A DNA stretch of 64,000 nucleotides, from contig NC_068995.1 of assembly GCF_001194135.2 (NCBI RefSeq), positions 43,497,445-43,561,444 on the forward strand. Reading direction: 5' to 3'. Both the position numbers and the translations under genes were made by a program. Of the stretch, positions 63,216 through 64,000 are shown one piece after another. Under the pieces are notes generated by a model. It ran no database searches. It was not told where the DNA came from and worked only from the letters and a program-made list of their open reading frames with translations. Numbering within the stretch: position 1 is the stretch's first letter; each line of letters opens with the position of its first letter. This DNA comes from Octopus bimaculoides (lineage: Eukaryota).

Positions 63216-64000
63216 CGTCTGGTCCATATTATCCACTCCAGCTCTGACCAGTTGTAAGGGCTGTAATTCATTTCTAATTTATCTATCTCTTTATCATCTA
63301 TTAAATCTGAGATTAAAAGACTGTCTCTATTTAAATAAATAAACAAGAGCGTTGACAGCTCATGGCTAGGTATGATCATAAATATTAGCTTAATTATCCC
63401 TTTTACCCAAGAGAAAGTAAGTAAGACATTAGGAAGAGTCAGTTTGATAGGCAAGGTAAGGGTAGACTTTAAATCATGATGTTAATTACCAGTTAAAGGG
63501 GCACGTCACTGAAAAACTTAAGATGCTAATACAGAGAAAATTTATTAGTGGCACGATGAGGGAACGTTTATAAACAATATTATTATGTTCTATAAAAATA
63601 AAATTTAATAATTCCAAAATGACATCATAACCAAAATAGCTAAAAGGTGTGTATGTGTCAATTATAAACATTAAGAAGGAATATGATGTAGAATCAGTTT
63701 AATAGCCATTCTTGTGCTGAATTAATTAGTTAATTATTAGATAGTTCCTATAAAGACTGCTCAAGGCACTTATATATGGAATATCTGGAAATATATACAT
63801 ACTCTCTATTAATTTTAAGCCATCAATCAGAAGCGGGATATTGAGATAATGGTAATACATAGGCATATTTAAACAAAAGTTATAAAATATAAAGTATAAA
63901 AGATATAAATACTCGAAAAATATGTGCTAATATAAGGATGTGTAAAGTGTAAAAACATGCATAGAAACATATACAAAGACGGTTTTTTTCTTATTGGTTC

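Noticed and set aside
63400-63700. Possible LINE RT N-terminal remnant (PFTQEKVSKTLGR)
   Set aside because: A single weak motif with stops around it; insufficient support.

Overview
Eukaryotic, AT-rich, repeat-saturated scaffold with 19 N-gaps (about 8 kb in total), almost all flanked by (TA)n/(CA)n-type microsatellites. Composition and SINE families fit best with a coleoid cephalopod (Octopus-like) short-read assembly; this is an inference from repeat content, not a database match. No intact protein-coding gene can be supported, and nearly all ORF-track entries are microsatellite, N-gap or transposon-fossil artefacts. The window is a transposon graveyard: a near-complete dead piggyBac transposase (2.8-4.5 kb), four Tc1/mariner lineages (mariner 12.6 kb, maT/DD37D 37.9 kb, an IR/DR Tc1 end 58.6 kb, a full decayed Tc1 60.4 kb), L1/Tx1, R4/Dong and RTE LINE fragments, a possible Penelope end, three tRNA-derived SINE families and several MITE-like foldbacks. 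The most interesting unexplained structures are a ~2.3 kb tandem duplication with unevenly conserved blocks and splice-like signals (18.5-23.1 kb), a same-strand SINE pile-up (23.3-25 kb), a SINE copy whose tail resembles the Tx1 LINE tail in this window (26.9 kb vs 0.9 kb), a promoter/first-exon-like motif cluster (30.9-31.1 kb) and a 600 bp inverted-repeat pair (46.6-48.7 kb). I found no convincing evidence of a new biological system. Coordinates and identities were read by eye and are approximate.
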